Origin: a virus
Taxonomy: Duplodnaviria > Caudoviricetes
Virus record (IMG/VR): IMGVR_UViG_3300031420_000495
Location: 1-64,000 of that record
Reading direction: 5' to 3' (one strand)
DNA: 64,000 nt
A program made the translations under genes and the position numbers. Shown in pieces: positions 28,878 through 38,360 of this stretch. The notes beneath the pieces are model-generated. The model was not told the DNA's origin. It did no database searches and was given only the letters and a program-made list of their open reading frames with translations. The stretch's first letter is position 1; the number at the start of each line of letters is the position of its first letter.

Positions 28878-29756
28878 TTATTTCAGGCCGGCGAGCTTGC
28901 GCATCTCGGCGAGCTGGTTGTTCTCAGCTGGCTTTGCTGCTGGTGCTGGCTTGTCGTCACCTGTGACCAGTTTATTGGCCGGGGTAGTCGACTCGGACAG
29001 AGGCTTCGCAACCGGAGCTGCGTCGTCTTCTTTCAGGATACGACCGATGAAGAATTTGTAGCTTTCTTCGAGACGTGCGGTGTCAACGTTCTTCAGAACC
29101 ATTGCCATCTGTTCACGCTTTTTGCCGGTAAGCGGCGACAGAACTTGTTCCATCTTTGCTTCACGGATCATTGTGTTGCGCTCTTCTTCGAGCTTTGCCA
29201 GTTGCGCTTCTGCATCTGCCAGTTTGCTTTCAGCTACGACGAGCTGGGACTGGACTGCATCTTCGTCAACATAGTGTGCCGCATACGTCGAAGCGAATGC
29301 TTCAAACATCTTGCGACCGAAATCGTTTTCGCGTACAACTGCGATGTCTTCTTTGAGTTCATCGAGCTCTGCAGCCAGGCGCATTTCAAAGAATGCGTCG
29401 ATCTTGTCAACGAGCGAATCGAGTTCTTCAGCGACAGTGCCTGCGAGTTTGTGCTTCTCTTCAACAAGCTTTTCAGCGTATTCGGCTTCGAGGTCACGGA
29501 AACGTTCGATGTCTCCCTTGAGTTCTTCAATCTCTTCGGACAGGGCCTTCGCTACAAAACCATCAACCTTGCTGATGAGTTCGTCGCGTTCGGTAATCCA
29601 TTGTCCAGCAAGCTCTGAACGTACTTCGCCCGAAACTTCTTCGCGCACTTGCGCTTTGAAAGCCTCAACGGAAGTATTCCATTGCTCAGAGATTTCAGCC
29701 TTGGTTTCTTCGCTGAGTAGCTCGGACTGAAGCAACTTTTTCAGAATTTCATCCAT
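28878..29756 (-). CDS. gp22: Prohead core scaffold protein
   Basis: Acidic coiled-coil (MDEILKKLL.SELLSEE) directly upstream of gp23. Confidence 0.88.
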   Translation of the reverse strand: MDEILKKLLQSELLSEETKAEISEQWNTSVEAFKAQVREEVSGEVRSELAGQWITERDELISKVDGFVAKALSEEIEELKGDIERFRDLEAEYAEKLVEEKHKLAGTVAEELDSLVDKIDAFFEMRLAAELDELKEDIAVVRENDFGRKMFEAFASTYAAHYVDEDAVQSQLVVAESKLADAEAQLAKLEEERNTMIREAKMEQVLSPLTGKKREQMAMVLKNVDTARLEESYKFFIGRILKEDDAAPVAKPLSESTTPANKLVTGDDKPAPAAKPAENNQLAEMRKLAGLK

Positions 29757-29934
29757 GCATTTCTCCTTTTGGTTGATGGGTATAACAGCGCTACTGGGAG
29801 CGTGTCACTGGAATTTTGTGGCAGATGTAAATTCCACATCGTGAACTCTATACATCATTAAGATATATAGGGCCGTTGCGTAAAAAAGCGGCGAAAAATC
29901 GTATGATTTTCACCGCTTCGGGTCTGTTAGAACC

Positions 29935-30123
29935 TTATTCGTCGTTGTTCTGGTCTTCGTCATCATCGTTGCCAAAATTCGGGGCAACTTCAGGTTGAGC
30001 CAAGCCTGACACTTCACGTGTTTTCGAAACGAAGTAGTCGTGCATGGTAACCGTGGCATTTTCCTGGCGGTCGTTGATGATGTCTTGCAACATGCTCTTG
30101 AGCAGTTCTGTATGATCGGCCAT
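29935..30123 (-). CDS. Small prohead core protein (gp67/68-like position)
   Basis: Late promoter 30162-30157, SD TAAGGAG; acidic tail. Confidence 0.6.
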   Translation of the reverse strand: MADHTELLKSMLQDIINDRQENATVTMHDYFVSKTREVSGLAQPEVAPNFGNDDDEDQNNDE

Positions 30124-30197
30124 TTGAGTCTCCTTATGTTCTGTTGATGATGGGATTATTTATTGCATTTTGAATTGCAATTTTTCACAATCCAACA

Positions 30198-30470
30198 TCA
30201 ATCTTTTTCAAACAGCTCGTTGATTTCATCCGAGTCTGCATCGAGGTTCCAAAGCTTTGCCAGATACTTGCGAATCGACTTTTCTTCGCCTGACAGCGTC
30301 ACGCTGTCGTTACCGCCACCGCCTTTACCTGGGTTGCTGAGTTTGATGCCAGCCTTTTCGAGGTTTGCAAGTTCTGACTTGTAGCCATTGAACTGCACAG
30401 TGACTTTCACTTCGTCAAGTTTACGTTGTGGCAGCCCTGCTGCCTTGAGTGCTTCATTCAGTGTCAGCAT
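30198..30470 (-). CDS. Small putative internal head protein, shared leader MLTLNEALKAAGLP
   Basis: Start at 30470 by leader identity with the two neighbours. Confidence 0.75.
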   Translation of the reverse strand: MLTLNEALKAAGLPQRKLDEVKVTVQFNGYKSELANLEKAGIKLSNPGKGGGGNDSVTLSGEEKSIRKYLAKLWNLDADSDEINELFEKD

Positions 30471-30795
30471 TTTGTCCTCGTTTGTTTGGTAGGTCACTCT
30501 TGAAGCGGGCGATGAACAACATCTTGCTGCGCTCGTCATACTGCATAAAGCCGGAACGGATTTTGATTGCGAGGCCATCCATCGGTACGCCCATAGCTTC
30601 AAGCATGAACGCAACGATTGGGTTATCATTCTTGATACCGAAGACTTCGCCCTTGAGTTCAATGCCGCTGTCAGATGTCAGTTTGACAACTGTTGCCTTC
30701 GACATATTCAACTTGCTGGATGCTTCCAGAAGTTTGTCGAAGCTGCCAGACGTTGTGAGTCCGGCATATTTGAGGGCTTCATTGAGTGAAAGCAT
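30454..30795 (-). CDS. Small putative internal head protein, shared leader MLSLNEALKYAGL
   Basis: Leader repeat; coupled to neighbours. Confidence 0.75.
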   Translation of the reverse strand: MLSLNEALKYAGLTTSGSFDKLLEASSKLNMSKATVVKLTSDSGIELKGEVFGIKNDNPIVAFMLEAMGVPMDGLAIKIRSGFMQYDERSKMLFIARFKSDLPNKRGQNADTE

Positions 30796-31052
30796 TACTC
30801 TTCTCCGCGGTCCATTGAACGTTGGAGTTCGCCGATGTCGTCCTCGATTTTATTCAGACTCTTGACGATGTCATCAACGTAAGAAGCGTCACCGCCTTCA
30901 CGTTCAATTGCATCGCGCAAATTGCCAGTGAAAACCTTTTGCAGGGTTTCGATTTTGCCCATTGCTTCGCGAACACGTGACACAGCACTGGCTTCGTTGA
31001 GTTGTTGCGTTGGCAGACCTGCTGCCTTGAGGGCTTCGTTGAGTGAGAGCAT
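30795..31052 (-). CDS. Small putative internal head protein, shared leader MLSLNEALKAAGLP
   Basis: Leader repeat; start overlaps gp21 stop. Confidence 0.75.
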   Translation of the reverse strand: MLSLNEALKAAGLPTQQLNEASAVSRVREAMGKIETLQKVFTGNLRDAIEREGGDASYVDDIVKSLNKIEDDIGELQRSMDRGEE

Positions 31053-31678
31053 TATTTCTGTTTCCCTTTAGATGCGAGCACGTCCAAGAACGCCTTCATT
31101 TCTTTCTTGAAGTATTCCTGCGCTTTCGGATCGTGGACCATTGCTTCGGCCAGGGTCAGAACCTTGTTATTGTTCATTGCTTCTTGAACAACGTTTGGAT
31201 ACGCGTCAGGAGCCGATGGCTGCGAGACGATGTCGACCGTGACGAAAGCGAAGTCAGCAACCTTGCCCGACTCGTTGACGTTACCGGTACCGCGGGACGA
31301 AACACCGAGACGGACACCGCCTTCGATCAGACCCTTCGCGATGTTGCCTGATGGCGTGTTGAGGAGTTTCATCTTGCCGATTGCATTGTTGCCATCCATG
31401 CGAACTTCAGTAATCGCGTGGGACACGTTTGCCAGGTTGATCGACAGGACGTCCGGGTGATTCAGCTCGCCCAGAATGTAGTGACCTGAAGCGATACGCT
31501 TTGCAGCCTCGTCAACAGCTTTCGAGATTTCGGAAAGTGGATATGAACGGCCGTTGCCGTTCACAAGTTCAGCCTGCATCATGATACCGTTGAGATAAAG
31601 ATCGCCGCTGGCGGTCTTCATCTCTGTCAGGTGGGATTGAGCTGGGCTAAGGTGTTCAGAGAGAAGTTGGAACTTCAT
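31052..31678 (-). CDS. gp21: Prohead core protease
   Basis: YLNGIMMQAE..N.NGRSYP...GELNHP...LLNTPSG.IAK.L...GV.LGVSSRG.G; TATAAATA at 31719-31712. Confidence 0.95.
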   Translation of the reverse strand: MKFQLLSEHLSPAQSHLTEMKTASGDLYLNGIMMQAELVNGNGRSYPLSEISKAVDEAAKRIASGHYILGELNHPDVLSINLANVSHAITEVRMDGNNAIGKMKLLNTPSGNIAKGLIEGGVRLGVSSRGTGNVNESGKVADFAFVTVDIVSQPSAPDAYPNVVQEAMNNNKVLTLAEAMVHDPKAQEYFKKEMKAFLDVLASKGKQK

Positions 31679-31719
31679 GTTTATGATCCTTTTGTTAGAG
31701 GCTTTGTCCCATATTTATA

Positions 31720-33420
31720 TCAAGTTGCTGCTGGAGCTGGCGTTTCTGGCGCTGGAGTTGCCGTAGGCGATACGTCATCATCCGCTGCTGCCGGAGCAGT
31801 ATCACCTGCTCCACCAAAGAATCCGCCACCGGTATCAGCCGTGTCGCCCATATCGTCATCGCCTCCCATGTCGTCCATACCACCGCCACTATCCGTGCCG
31901 CTAGCAGTTCCGCCATCAACCGTGATTGCTTCACGGTTGTCGTAAACAGCAGGGTCATACATCTGTTGCAGTGGTGGAACGTTGGCGTTCTCGAGGATGC
32001 CGCGTTCTTCTTTGAGCATGACTTCGTTCATCTGGATTTCGTCGTCGGTCAGGCCGAGGTAACGTTTCTGGATGAAGCGACGGGACAGAGTTTTCTCTGC
32101 AGCAATGTTGTTGTACGAGCTGATCAGGTCGGCGTCAAGCGCTGCCTGACGATACAGTGCGAAGTTAGCTGGGTCAGGAAGTTTGATCTTGAAGATTTCG
32201 TCATCGATCTTCAGGCCAACAACCTTCAAATAAATCTTGAACTCTTCGTCGAAGATTTCGTCCAGGCGATCCTGGAGACGACGAATGAACTGCGCGAAGC
32301 GAAGTTCTTCGATGTACGCGATACCAACCTTGCCGTCGTTGTACTGTGCACCGGCTCCGTCTGTACCTGTCATGTACGAGGTCGGGATACGAAGACCGCG
32401 GAAGATTTTGTCCTGGAACAGTTTGATAAGGCCAGTACCGAAGTCCTCAGTACCGCCCGGCAGAGTTTCTACACGGGAACCGCGACCAGCAGCCGTTACC
32501 GGGAAGAACAGGTCTTCCTGGATTGAGGTTGCATCGTATTGGCCGTCGACAATTTCCTTGCCGTTGTTCTGTCCTGGCGTACGCTTCTGGCGCATCTCAT
32601 TCTTGATCTGCTCCAGGTATTGCTTGACACGCTGTGGTGGCATGTTACCAACGTCGACGTAGAAGACGCGACGTTCAGGTGCACGGACGATACGGTAAAT
32701 GATGACAGCGTCTTCCAGCATAGCCAGCTGGCGGTAGACGCGGTGGATTGGACGCAGGACAGAGTTACCGAACGGAGCCGAGTCGCCCATGTCGTCCGAC
32801 AGCGTGAAGTGAATCATCGCTGCGGCCGGGACGATTTCCAACGTTTCAGTCTTCATGCCGTATCCGCTCGAAGCATTGCCTGGGCGTTTCAAGTGATACG
32901 CAATCTTGTTGCCGAGCTGGTCGATTTCGATACCGTGAACGAGCGACGGGTCGACAGCAGTCCATTGCTTCGTGTCCGACAGCTTGCGGAAGAAACAGTC
33001 GCCGTACTTAATCATCTGGCGCGCGATCGAGAAGATGCGCTTGTTGAATTGCTGGGTGTTCGACCACTGACGAACAGCCTGACGAAGCGTCACGGCAGTT
33101 GTGTCACTGATTTCCTGGTTGTCTTCTTTCTGGTATACAATCTCGAATGGCAGTCCTGTCTTCTCGTCCTTGCCTGACATTTCTTCTGCGATGATGTCAA
33201 GCGAACGGAAAATATCGATGTCCGCGTCCATTGCGTCGTATTGTTTGTACGAAGCCTGACGCGAACCGAGACCACGAAGAACTTGTGAGTACCACTGGAC
33301 TGATGTCATCGATGACAAGTCGGTGGTGCGGGGATCGTATGCATCAATCGACAGCGTCGTGTAAAGTTGCTTACGCGACGCCGGAGTGATGATCCTCCAC
33401 CAATTTGTTAGTTGTGCGAT
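31720..33420 (-). CDS. gp20: Portal vertex protein, probable ATC start
   Basis: YDAMDAD.DI...LDIIAEE...MLEDAVIIYRIVRAPERRVFYVDVGNMP...EDLFFP...GRGSRVETLPGG; reading frame open to 33432 with AAGGAG at 33433-33428. Confidence 0.95.
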   Translation of the reverse strand: MAQLTNWWRIITPASRKQLYTTLSIDAYDPRTTDLSSMTSVQWYSQVLRGLGSRQASYKQYDAMDADIDIFRSLDIIAEEMSGKDEKTGLPFEIVYQKEDNQEISDTTAVTLRQAVRQWSNTQQFNKRIFSIARQMIKYGDCFFRKLSDTKQWTAVDPSLVHGIEIDQLGNKIAYHLKRPGNASSGYGMKTETLEIVPAAAMIHFTLSDDMGDSAPFGNSVLRPIHRVYRQLAMLEDAVIIYRIVRAPERRVFYVDVGNMPPQRVKQYLEQIKNEMRQKRTPGQNNGKEIVDGQYDATSIQEDLFFPVTAAGRGSRVETLPGGTEDFGTGLIKLFQDKIFRGLRIPTSYMTGTDGAGAQYNDGKVGIAYIEELRFAQFIRRLQDRLDEIFDEEFKIYLKVVGLKIDDEIFKIKLPDPANFALYRQAALDADLISSYNNIAAEKTLSRRFIQKRYLGLTDDEIQMNEVMLKEERGILENANVPPLQQMYDPAVYDNREAITVDGGTASGTDSGGGMDDMGGDDDMGDTADTGGGFFGGAGDTAPAAADDDVSPTATPAPETPAPAAT

Positions 33421-33438
33421 GATCGCTCTCCTTTAGCT

Positions 33439-36400
33439 TTATCCTGTATATCGACCGCCTTGGAGCAAATCGAATTTCACTTCATTATTCAATGGAAACA
33501 CTGGACGTCCAGATGCAGCAGCGATGGCAGCAATGCCAACAGCTTGAGCTTGTTCCGATGTCAGCATGCTTGTAAGCACTTGATTCATCGCAACGAGTTG
33601 CGCGATAATCGCGTCATTGCCTGTGGTTGTAGCCGCAGTGGTTGCCGCAGTATTTGCAGCAGCTGCTTGGGTTGCAGCTTGCGTTTCTGGACTATTTACA
33701 GTTGGTTGAGTGACGTTTTTTACAGGAGATGGTGCAGGAGCTGCAATTGTTTGCGCAGTTGAAAGAATATTCGTCGCAATGCCTTGTGTGCTGCTGAGGA
33801 TGCCTGCGTTTGCCGTGTTGATTGTTTGTTGAGCAGCAACAGTCTTATCAGCCTGCGCTTTGGATGCGTTGGCAACTTCTGTCTTCTTGTCGATTTCCTC
33901 TTTGCTCTTCGCACCGATCGAAGCGACGGTCGCTTTGTTGTCGGACAAGAGTTTATCCAGCACACCGTTGCTATCACCTGCAGCCTTTTCGAAATACTCT
34001 GTCGTCTTCTTGCTGAAGCCAGGAATCCAGTCGGTTGCCCAGGCAAACATTTTCAGCAGGCCAGTCTTCAGCATAACGCCAACAACGTTCAGCGCGTTCT
34101 CAACGTGGAGTCCATCGTTAGAGAAGAAGCTGAACAGCCAGTCGACTGCTTTACCAACACCGCCGATGAATCCGTTGAAGATCGCGAACGCAGCGTTACC
34201 AATCATTTCGCCCCAGGTCGCATTGCCACTCGGGTTGAATGCAGCTGTGATTGTGCCTGTGAACAGTTCGCTGACAGCATCCCATATCGCCATCAGAACC
34301 GGAATACGACGGAGCAATCCGCCGATGATGCCACTACCCATTGCGTTGAAGAAACCACCGAATGTGTTGCCAAGAGAACTCAGCCATCCACCGACAGTCG
34401 AGCCGACCGATCCGAAGATGCGGCTAACACCACCCAGTGCTCCAGAGATACTTGGGACAGCTCCGCGAATTGTTGGGATGAGGTTCGAGAACCATCCACC
34501 GACTGTGCTGATTGCGTTCATGACAGTTGGCGCAATGCCTCGCATTGTGGTTGCGAAGTTGCTAAGACCAATGCTGATCCTGTCGAAGATTGACAATGGA
34601 CCAGAGAAGAATCCGCGAACAGTTGCAGCCGCGTTTGAGATGAATGCAGGAACGCCTCGCATCGTAGTTGCGAAGTTGCTGAATGCAATGCTGATTCGGT
34701 CAAAGAGCGAAAGCGTTCCGCTCAACGGTCCGCCGCCGCGGATGAATGCGGACAGACGACTAATTCCGCTTGTCAACATTCCAACTGTACCGGAAATGAT
34801 TCGGCTGAATGTTGGGAAGAGACGCGACAACACACCACCGGCTGCTCCGCCAGCACCGGCACCAGGAACAGCCGCAGGGATGACACGACGAATAACCGCC
34901 GCAGTCAATTCACCGATCAGCCCACCAATTGCGCCAACACCAAGAGCCTTGATGATTGTATTCTTTTCCAGACCTTCAAGCCATGCATTTAGGCGACCCG
35001 TTGCTTTCAGCAGGTCACTTGTGCCTTTTGCAAAGTCTCGATTAACGCCGGCTGGACCAGAGTCAGCGGTCAGTGCAACATTACCTGCCTTCTTTAGAAC
35101 ATCACCGATGCCAGACGAATCAAGTGCAGCCTGCATTTGCTCTGCGATGTTTTCCTGGGCGATGTTGCCAGATTGCATGGCACGCTGCATCGCGGCTTGA
35201 AGTGGGCCTGCAAGTGCTACGACTTCTCGATCCTCGTCAGCAGTGCGAATCTTCCGGCGAGACAGATCAGCAAGACGCGATGTAGCTGCTGGGTCCATGC
35301 CAAACAATGCACCAGCCTGATTGATACGGCCTGCGGCTTCGAAACGTTTCGGTGCGGTAAGGTTACGGGTTGCGATCAGCGCATCGCCAAGAGCATCGGA
35401 CGCAGCTTTCGTCGAACCCATCGAGAGACCGATGGACTTTGTTTGAACCAGTTCATTCAGGCGAGCAGCACGCTGTGCTGGCGCCATACCCAACAGCTGG
35501 GATTGAACGGTCTGATTGGTTGCCAGACTTTCTGTCAGTGCCTGGAATTGTCCAGCAGTCAGCAGCGACGTTTTACGCAGACGTTCGAATGTATCGATCT
35601 GCGCGTTCGTTGCGTCGGTCAGGCGTTCTTGCGGAATGCCGAGTGCAGTTGTTGAACTTGCAAGCGACGCCGAAAGCTTCGTGGCTTCAGCACCGAAGAT
35701 GCCGAGGTTTTCCAGACGATCACGAGAAACCTGAAGCGTCTTATTGAATTCAGCCATCGACCCGGAACGGGTTACGGCAACGCTCGATGCTTGAAGAACG
35801 GCAGTATATTCCCTCAGCGACATGCCGGAGCGAGCAGCATCGATGTACAGCCCACCCAAAGCAGACGATGCTTGAATACCAGCAGATTGCAGGTAAAGAA
35901 TATCTTGTACAACTGGAACGATCGCAGTTGAAAGCGCAACGGTGAAACCGATCAGCGCTTTCGATGCACCACCAAGACGATTTGTCAGGTCGGAGACCGC
36001 ATTGGCCAAACGACCACGCTGTGGCCTTGGACCGAAGTCTGCTGGCCCGTTGATACGCGCATCGGGTCCTCCAACACCGCCACCAATTGGACGAGCAGCT
36101 TCACGTGCATCGCGAATTGCCTGGCCAATCGTTCCAGTGAGTCCTGGTCCCAGGTCACGAAGGAACTTCGGCAGTGCAGCCCATGGATCAGTGTTGTAAC
36201 GTGGACGCGGAGGAGTCGGTGTACGAGGCGGTGTCGGTGGAGCTGGCGGAGCAGCCGGACGCGCTGGCGGTACTGGTGCAGGCGGTGGAGTTGGCGTAGG
36301 TGCAGGCAGTGTCCGTGGCATCGAACGCATGGTTCGATTCATCGAGACGAAGTGACCACGCGTCGAGAAAATCGTTTTGTTCAGGTCATTGAAACCACGG

Positions 36401-36660
36401 TTCAACGTCTGTGTTGAGTTCGTGATTTCCTTCAGCGCAGCAGTTGCCGCACGGAATACTTTCTTTTGGTCGCTCGCATCACGGTCAATTGGTCCACGCG
36501 AACCTCCACGCCGACCGCTTCCGCTGCCAGCGTTTGCTCCACCCGCAACGGTCGGTGCACGGCCAAGACCAGAGGTCACGCTTCCGTTTGCCAGTGCCTT
36601 CTCGATCCGTTTGAGGGTAGCGAGGATGTCGTCTTCAACTGCCATTTTTCGGCTTTCCAT
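33439..36660 (-). CDS. Tape measure protein (gp29-like)
   Basis: 1073 aa Ala/Gly-rich amphipathic helical protein, divergent from gp26/gp51-like genes; start at 36660 or 36645. Confidence 0.75.
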   Translation of the reverse strand: MESRKMAVEDDILATLKRIEKALANGSVTSGLGRAPTVAGGANAGSGSGRRGGSRGPIDRDASDQKKVFRAATAALKEITNSTQTLNRGFNDLNKTIFSTRGHFVSMNRTMRSMPRTLPAPTPTPPPAPVPPARPAAPPAPPTPPRTPTPPRPRYNTDPWAALPKFLRDLGPGLTGTIGQAIRDAREAARPIGGGVGGPDARINGPADFGPRPQRGRLANAVSDLTNRLGGASKALIGFTVALSTAIVPVVQDILYLQSAGIQASSALGGLYIDAARSGMSLREYTAVLQASSVAVTRSGSMAEFNKTLQVSRDRLENLGIFGAEATKLSASLASSTTALGIPQERLTDATNAQIDTFERLRKTSLLTAGQFQALTESLATNQTVQSQLLGMAPAQRAARLNELVQTKSIGLSMGSTKAASDALGDALIATRNLTAPKRFEAAGRINQAGALFGMDPAATSRLADLSRRKIRTADEDREVVALAGPLQAAMQRAMQSGNIAQENIAEQMQAALDSSGIGDVLKKAGNVALTADSGPAGVNRDFAKGTSDLLKATGRLNAWLEGLEKNTIIKALGVGAIGGLIGELTAAVIRRVIPAAVPGAGAGGAAGGVLSRLFPTFSRIISGTVGMLTSGISRLSAFIRGGGPLSGTLSLFDRISIAFSNFATTMRGVPAFISNAAATVRGFFSGPLSIFDRISIGLSNFATTMRGIAPTVMNAISTVGGWFSNLIPTIRGAVPSISGALGGVSRIFGSVGSTVGGWLSSLGNTFGGFFNAMGSGIIGGLLRRIPVLMAIWDAVSELFTGTITAAFNPSGNATWGEMIGNAAFAIFNGFIGGVGKAVDWLFSFFSNDGLHVENALNVVGVMLKTGLLKMFAWATDWIPGFSKKTTEYFEKAAGDSNGVLDKLLSDNKATVASIGAKSKEEIDKKTEVANASKAQADKTVAAQQTINTANAGILSSTQGIATNILSTAQTIAAPAPSPVKNVTQPTVNSPETQAATQAAAANTAATTAATTTGNDAIIAQLVAMNQVLTSMLTSEQAQAVGIAAIAAASGRPVFPLNNEVKFDLLQGGRYTG
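34538..34704. repeat. Internal 117-bp-period (39 aa) duplication in the tape measure gene
   Basis: FDRISIAFSNFATTMRG / FDRISIGLSNFATTMRG; DNA copies begin at 34538 and 34655. Confidence 0.8.
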
Positions 36661-36666
36661 AATATG

Positions 36667-36689
36667 ATAAATACTGATGTATATTTATC
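36667..36689. promoter_or_regulatory. Overlapping divergent late promoters
   Basis: TAAATA on + at 36668-36673 and on - at 36687-36682. Confidence 0.75.
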
Positions 36690-36702
36690 GCATGGAGAAA
36701 AT

Positions 36703-37539
36703 ATGGAAAACCAAACAAATCCGTTGCTTGCCAAGATCAAACTTCCTGGCCGCACGTTCCAACTGCCATCACGTGGCGCACTGTATCAAAATGGTGAAGT
36801 GGCAAGCGCTGAAGGTGAAGTGCACGTTCACCCGATGTCAGCACTGGCAGAAATTTCTCTGAAGAATCCAGACTTGCTGTTCAACGGCAAAGCACTGAAT
36901 TCAGTATTCGCTGAATGCATTCCAGAAATCAAGAAGCCAACAGAACTGTACGGCCGTGACATCGACGCGATCATGTTCTATCTGCGCTTGGTTACATACG
37001 GCCCAGAGTTCGAGATTCGTGTTCGCCACGATTGCGAAGAATCAAAACTGCTCGATGATGCTGGTCAACCACGTGTTGACAAAGAAGGTGAACCAATTCA
37101 CCGTGAGCATTCGTACATCGTGAACATTGAAGAAATGGTGCAACGCATTCGTTTCCTCGACCCAACACAAACTGAAGAGTTTCAATGCACCATGCCGAAC
37201 GGCCAGGTTGTGAAGGTTCACCCGGTGAAGTTCGAGCACATGATTAAGCTGTTCCAGATGAACATGGGCAAACAGGAATTCACGGCTGATGACATCAAGC
37301 GCAACGTGGTGTTCAACCTCGTCAACCTGATTGAATCGGTTGATGGCATCACTGACAAGAAGTTGATTAGTGAGTGGGTGTCTAGCATCACGACCCCGTA
37401 TCAGAATCGAATCACCGAAGTGATTGAGAAAACAAATGACTGGGGCCCAGAACAGACCACGAACCTCATTTGCAAGGATTGCAAGCACGAAATGCCTGTT
37501 GAACTGCCGCTCAACCCAATCTCTTTTTTCACAGAGTGA
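36703..37539 (+). CDS. gp26: Baseplate hub assembly protein (T4 gp26-like)
   Basis: LPSRG..Y...V..MSAL.EI.LK...C.......L...DIDAI...LR..TYG...C..C.HE..V.LPL..I.FF. Confidence 0.7.
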   Translation: MENQTNPLLAKIKLPGRTFQLPSRGALYQNGEVASAEGEVHVHPMSALAEISLKNPDLLFNGKALNSVFAECIPEIKKPTELYGRDIDAIMFYLRLVTYGPEFEIRVRHDCEESKLLDDAGQPRVDKEGEPIHREHSYIVNIEEMVQRIRFLDPTQTEEFQCTMPNGQVVKVHPVKFEHMIKLFQMNMGKQEFTADDIKRNVVFNLVNLIESVDGITDKKLISEWVSSITTPYQNRITEVIEKTNDWGPEQTTNLICKDCKHEMPVELPLNPISFFTE

Positions 37540-37760
37540 TCTTGTCCGGCGACGTGCGTAGGCGCGACGAAATGATCAACTCCCTTGCATTGGACACAAG
37601 AAATCTGCTCAAAGCTGCATTGGAGATTTCGTACTTCTCCCGAGGAGGATGGCAGTACGAAACCGTATTGAACATGTCCCCGATTGAACGGGACCTCGCC
37701 GTTGAGTTCATCAACAAACGCCTTGAGGCTGCGTCAAAATCTATGTACCCGGTGTACTGA
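37536..37760 (+). CDS. Baseplate hub assembly catalyst (gp51-like)
   Basis: GWQYETVLNMSPIERDL.VEFI; coupled to gp26-like gene. Confidence 0.6.
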   Translation: MILSGDVRRRDEMINSLALDTRNLLKAALEISYFSRGGWQYETVLNMSPIERDLAVEFINKRLEAASKSMYPVY

Positions 37761-37808
37761 TGATAAATATGCTGGTACAATTAGAAACCCTCACAGCGAG
37801 AACAACAA

Positions 37809-38360
37809 ATGAAAGTAACTGAACTACTCGAAGCAACCAGTCGCATTGTCGACCTGCGCGACCCAGACGATGCGCCTGGAGCTGTTGATCGTGAAGCCGC
37901 AGCGCGTGCAAAAGGCAAGAGCGATCAAGAAGCCGCAGTCGAGAATCTGAACAAACTCGTGTCGAAATACAAACTCGGTGGCGGCTGGAAAGTCGGAACG
38001 AGTTCGTCGATCGTCGGCACGTTCATCATGCCGGATCACAAGGGTGGAGCAGCGAAGGCCAAGTTCAAGACGAATGCTGGTGCAGCTGAAGCAACGTTGT
38101 GGGTGGCCGGTCGTTACGACGATCTTGTCCTCTCGCTGTATGATGTCGACATGTCGCGCGACCAGAAGAATGCAGCACTGGCGAAAATGAAAGAACTGTT
38201 GCCGGGCGTCTACTTCATGAAAGTACAATCCGACGATCGTCGCGATTTCAAATCCGTGTCATTCCACTTCGGTTATCCGTCGACATTCTCTGACAGCAAG
38301 AAATTTGCTGGCTTGAAGAAGTTCTTCGATTACCTGAAGAAAGAAGCGCAGTTCTCATGA
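37809..38360 (+). CDS. Putative internal head protein (leader MKVTELLE)
   Basis: Late TAAATA at 37764-37769; capsid-targeting-like leader. Confidence 0.6.
   Translation: MKVTELLEATSRIVDLRDPDDAPGAVDREAAARAKGKSDQEAAVENLNKLVSKYKLGGGWKVGTSSSIVGTFIMPDHKGGAAKAKFKTNAGAAEATLWVAGRYDDLVLSLYDVDMSRDQKNAALAKMKELLPGVYFMKVQSDDRRDFKSVSFHFGYPSTFSDSKKFAGLKKFFDYLKKEAQFS

Noticed and set aside
27529-33420. Introns or inteins in capsid, protease or portal genes
   Set aside because: Continuous frames of expected size; no intein C/HN motifs or LAGLIDADG inserts seen
34538-34704. Direct repeat in the tape measure gene as a possible diversity-generating or mobile element repeat
   Set aside because: In-frame 39-aa duplication with mostly synonymous differences, normal for tape measures; no reverse transcriptase in the window
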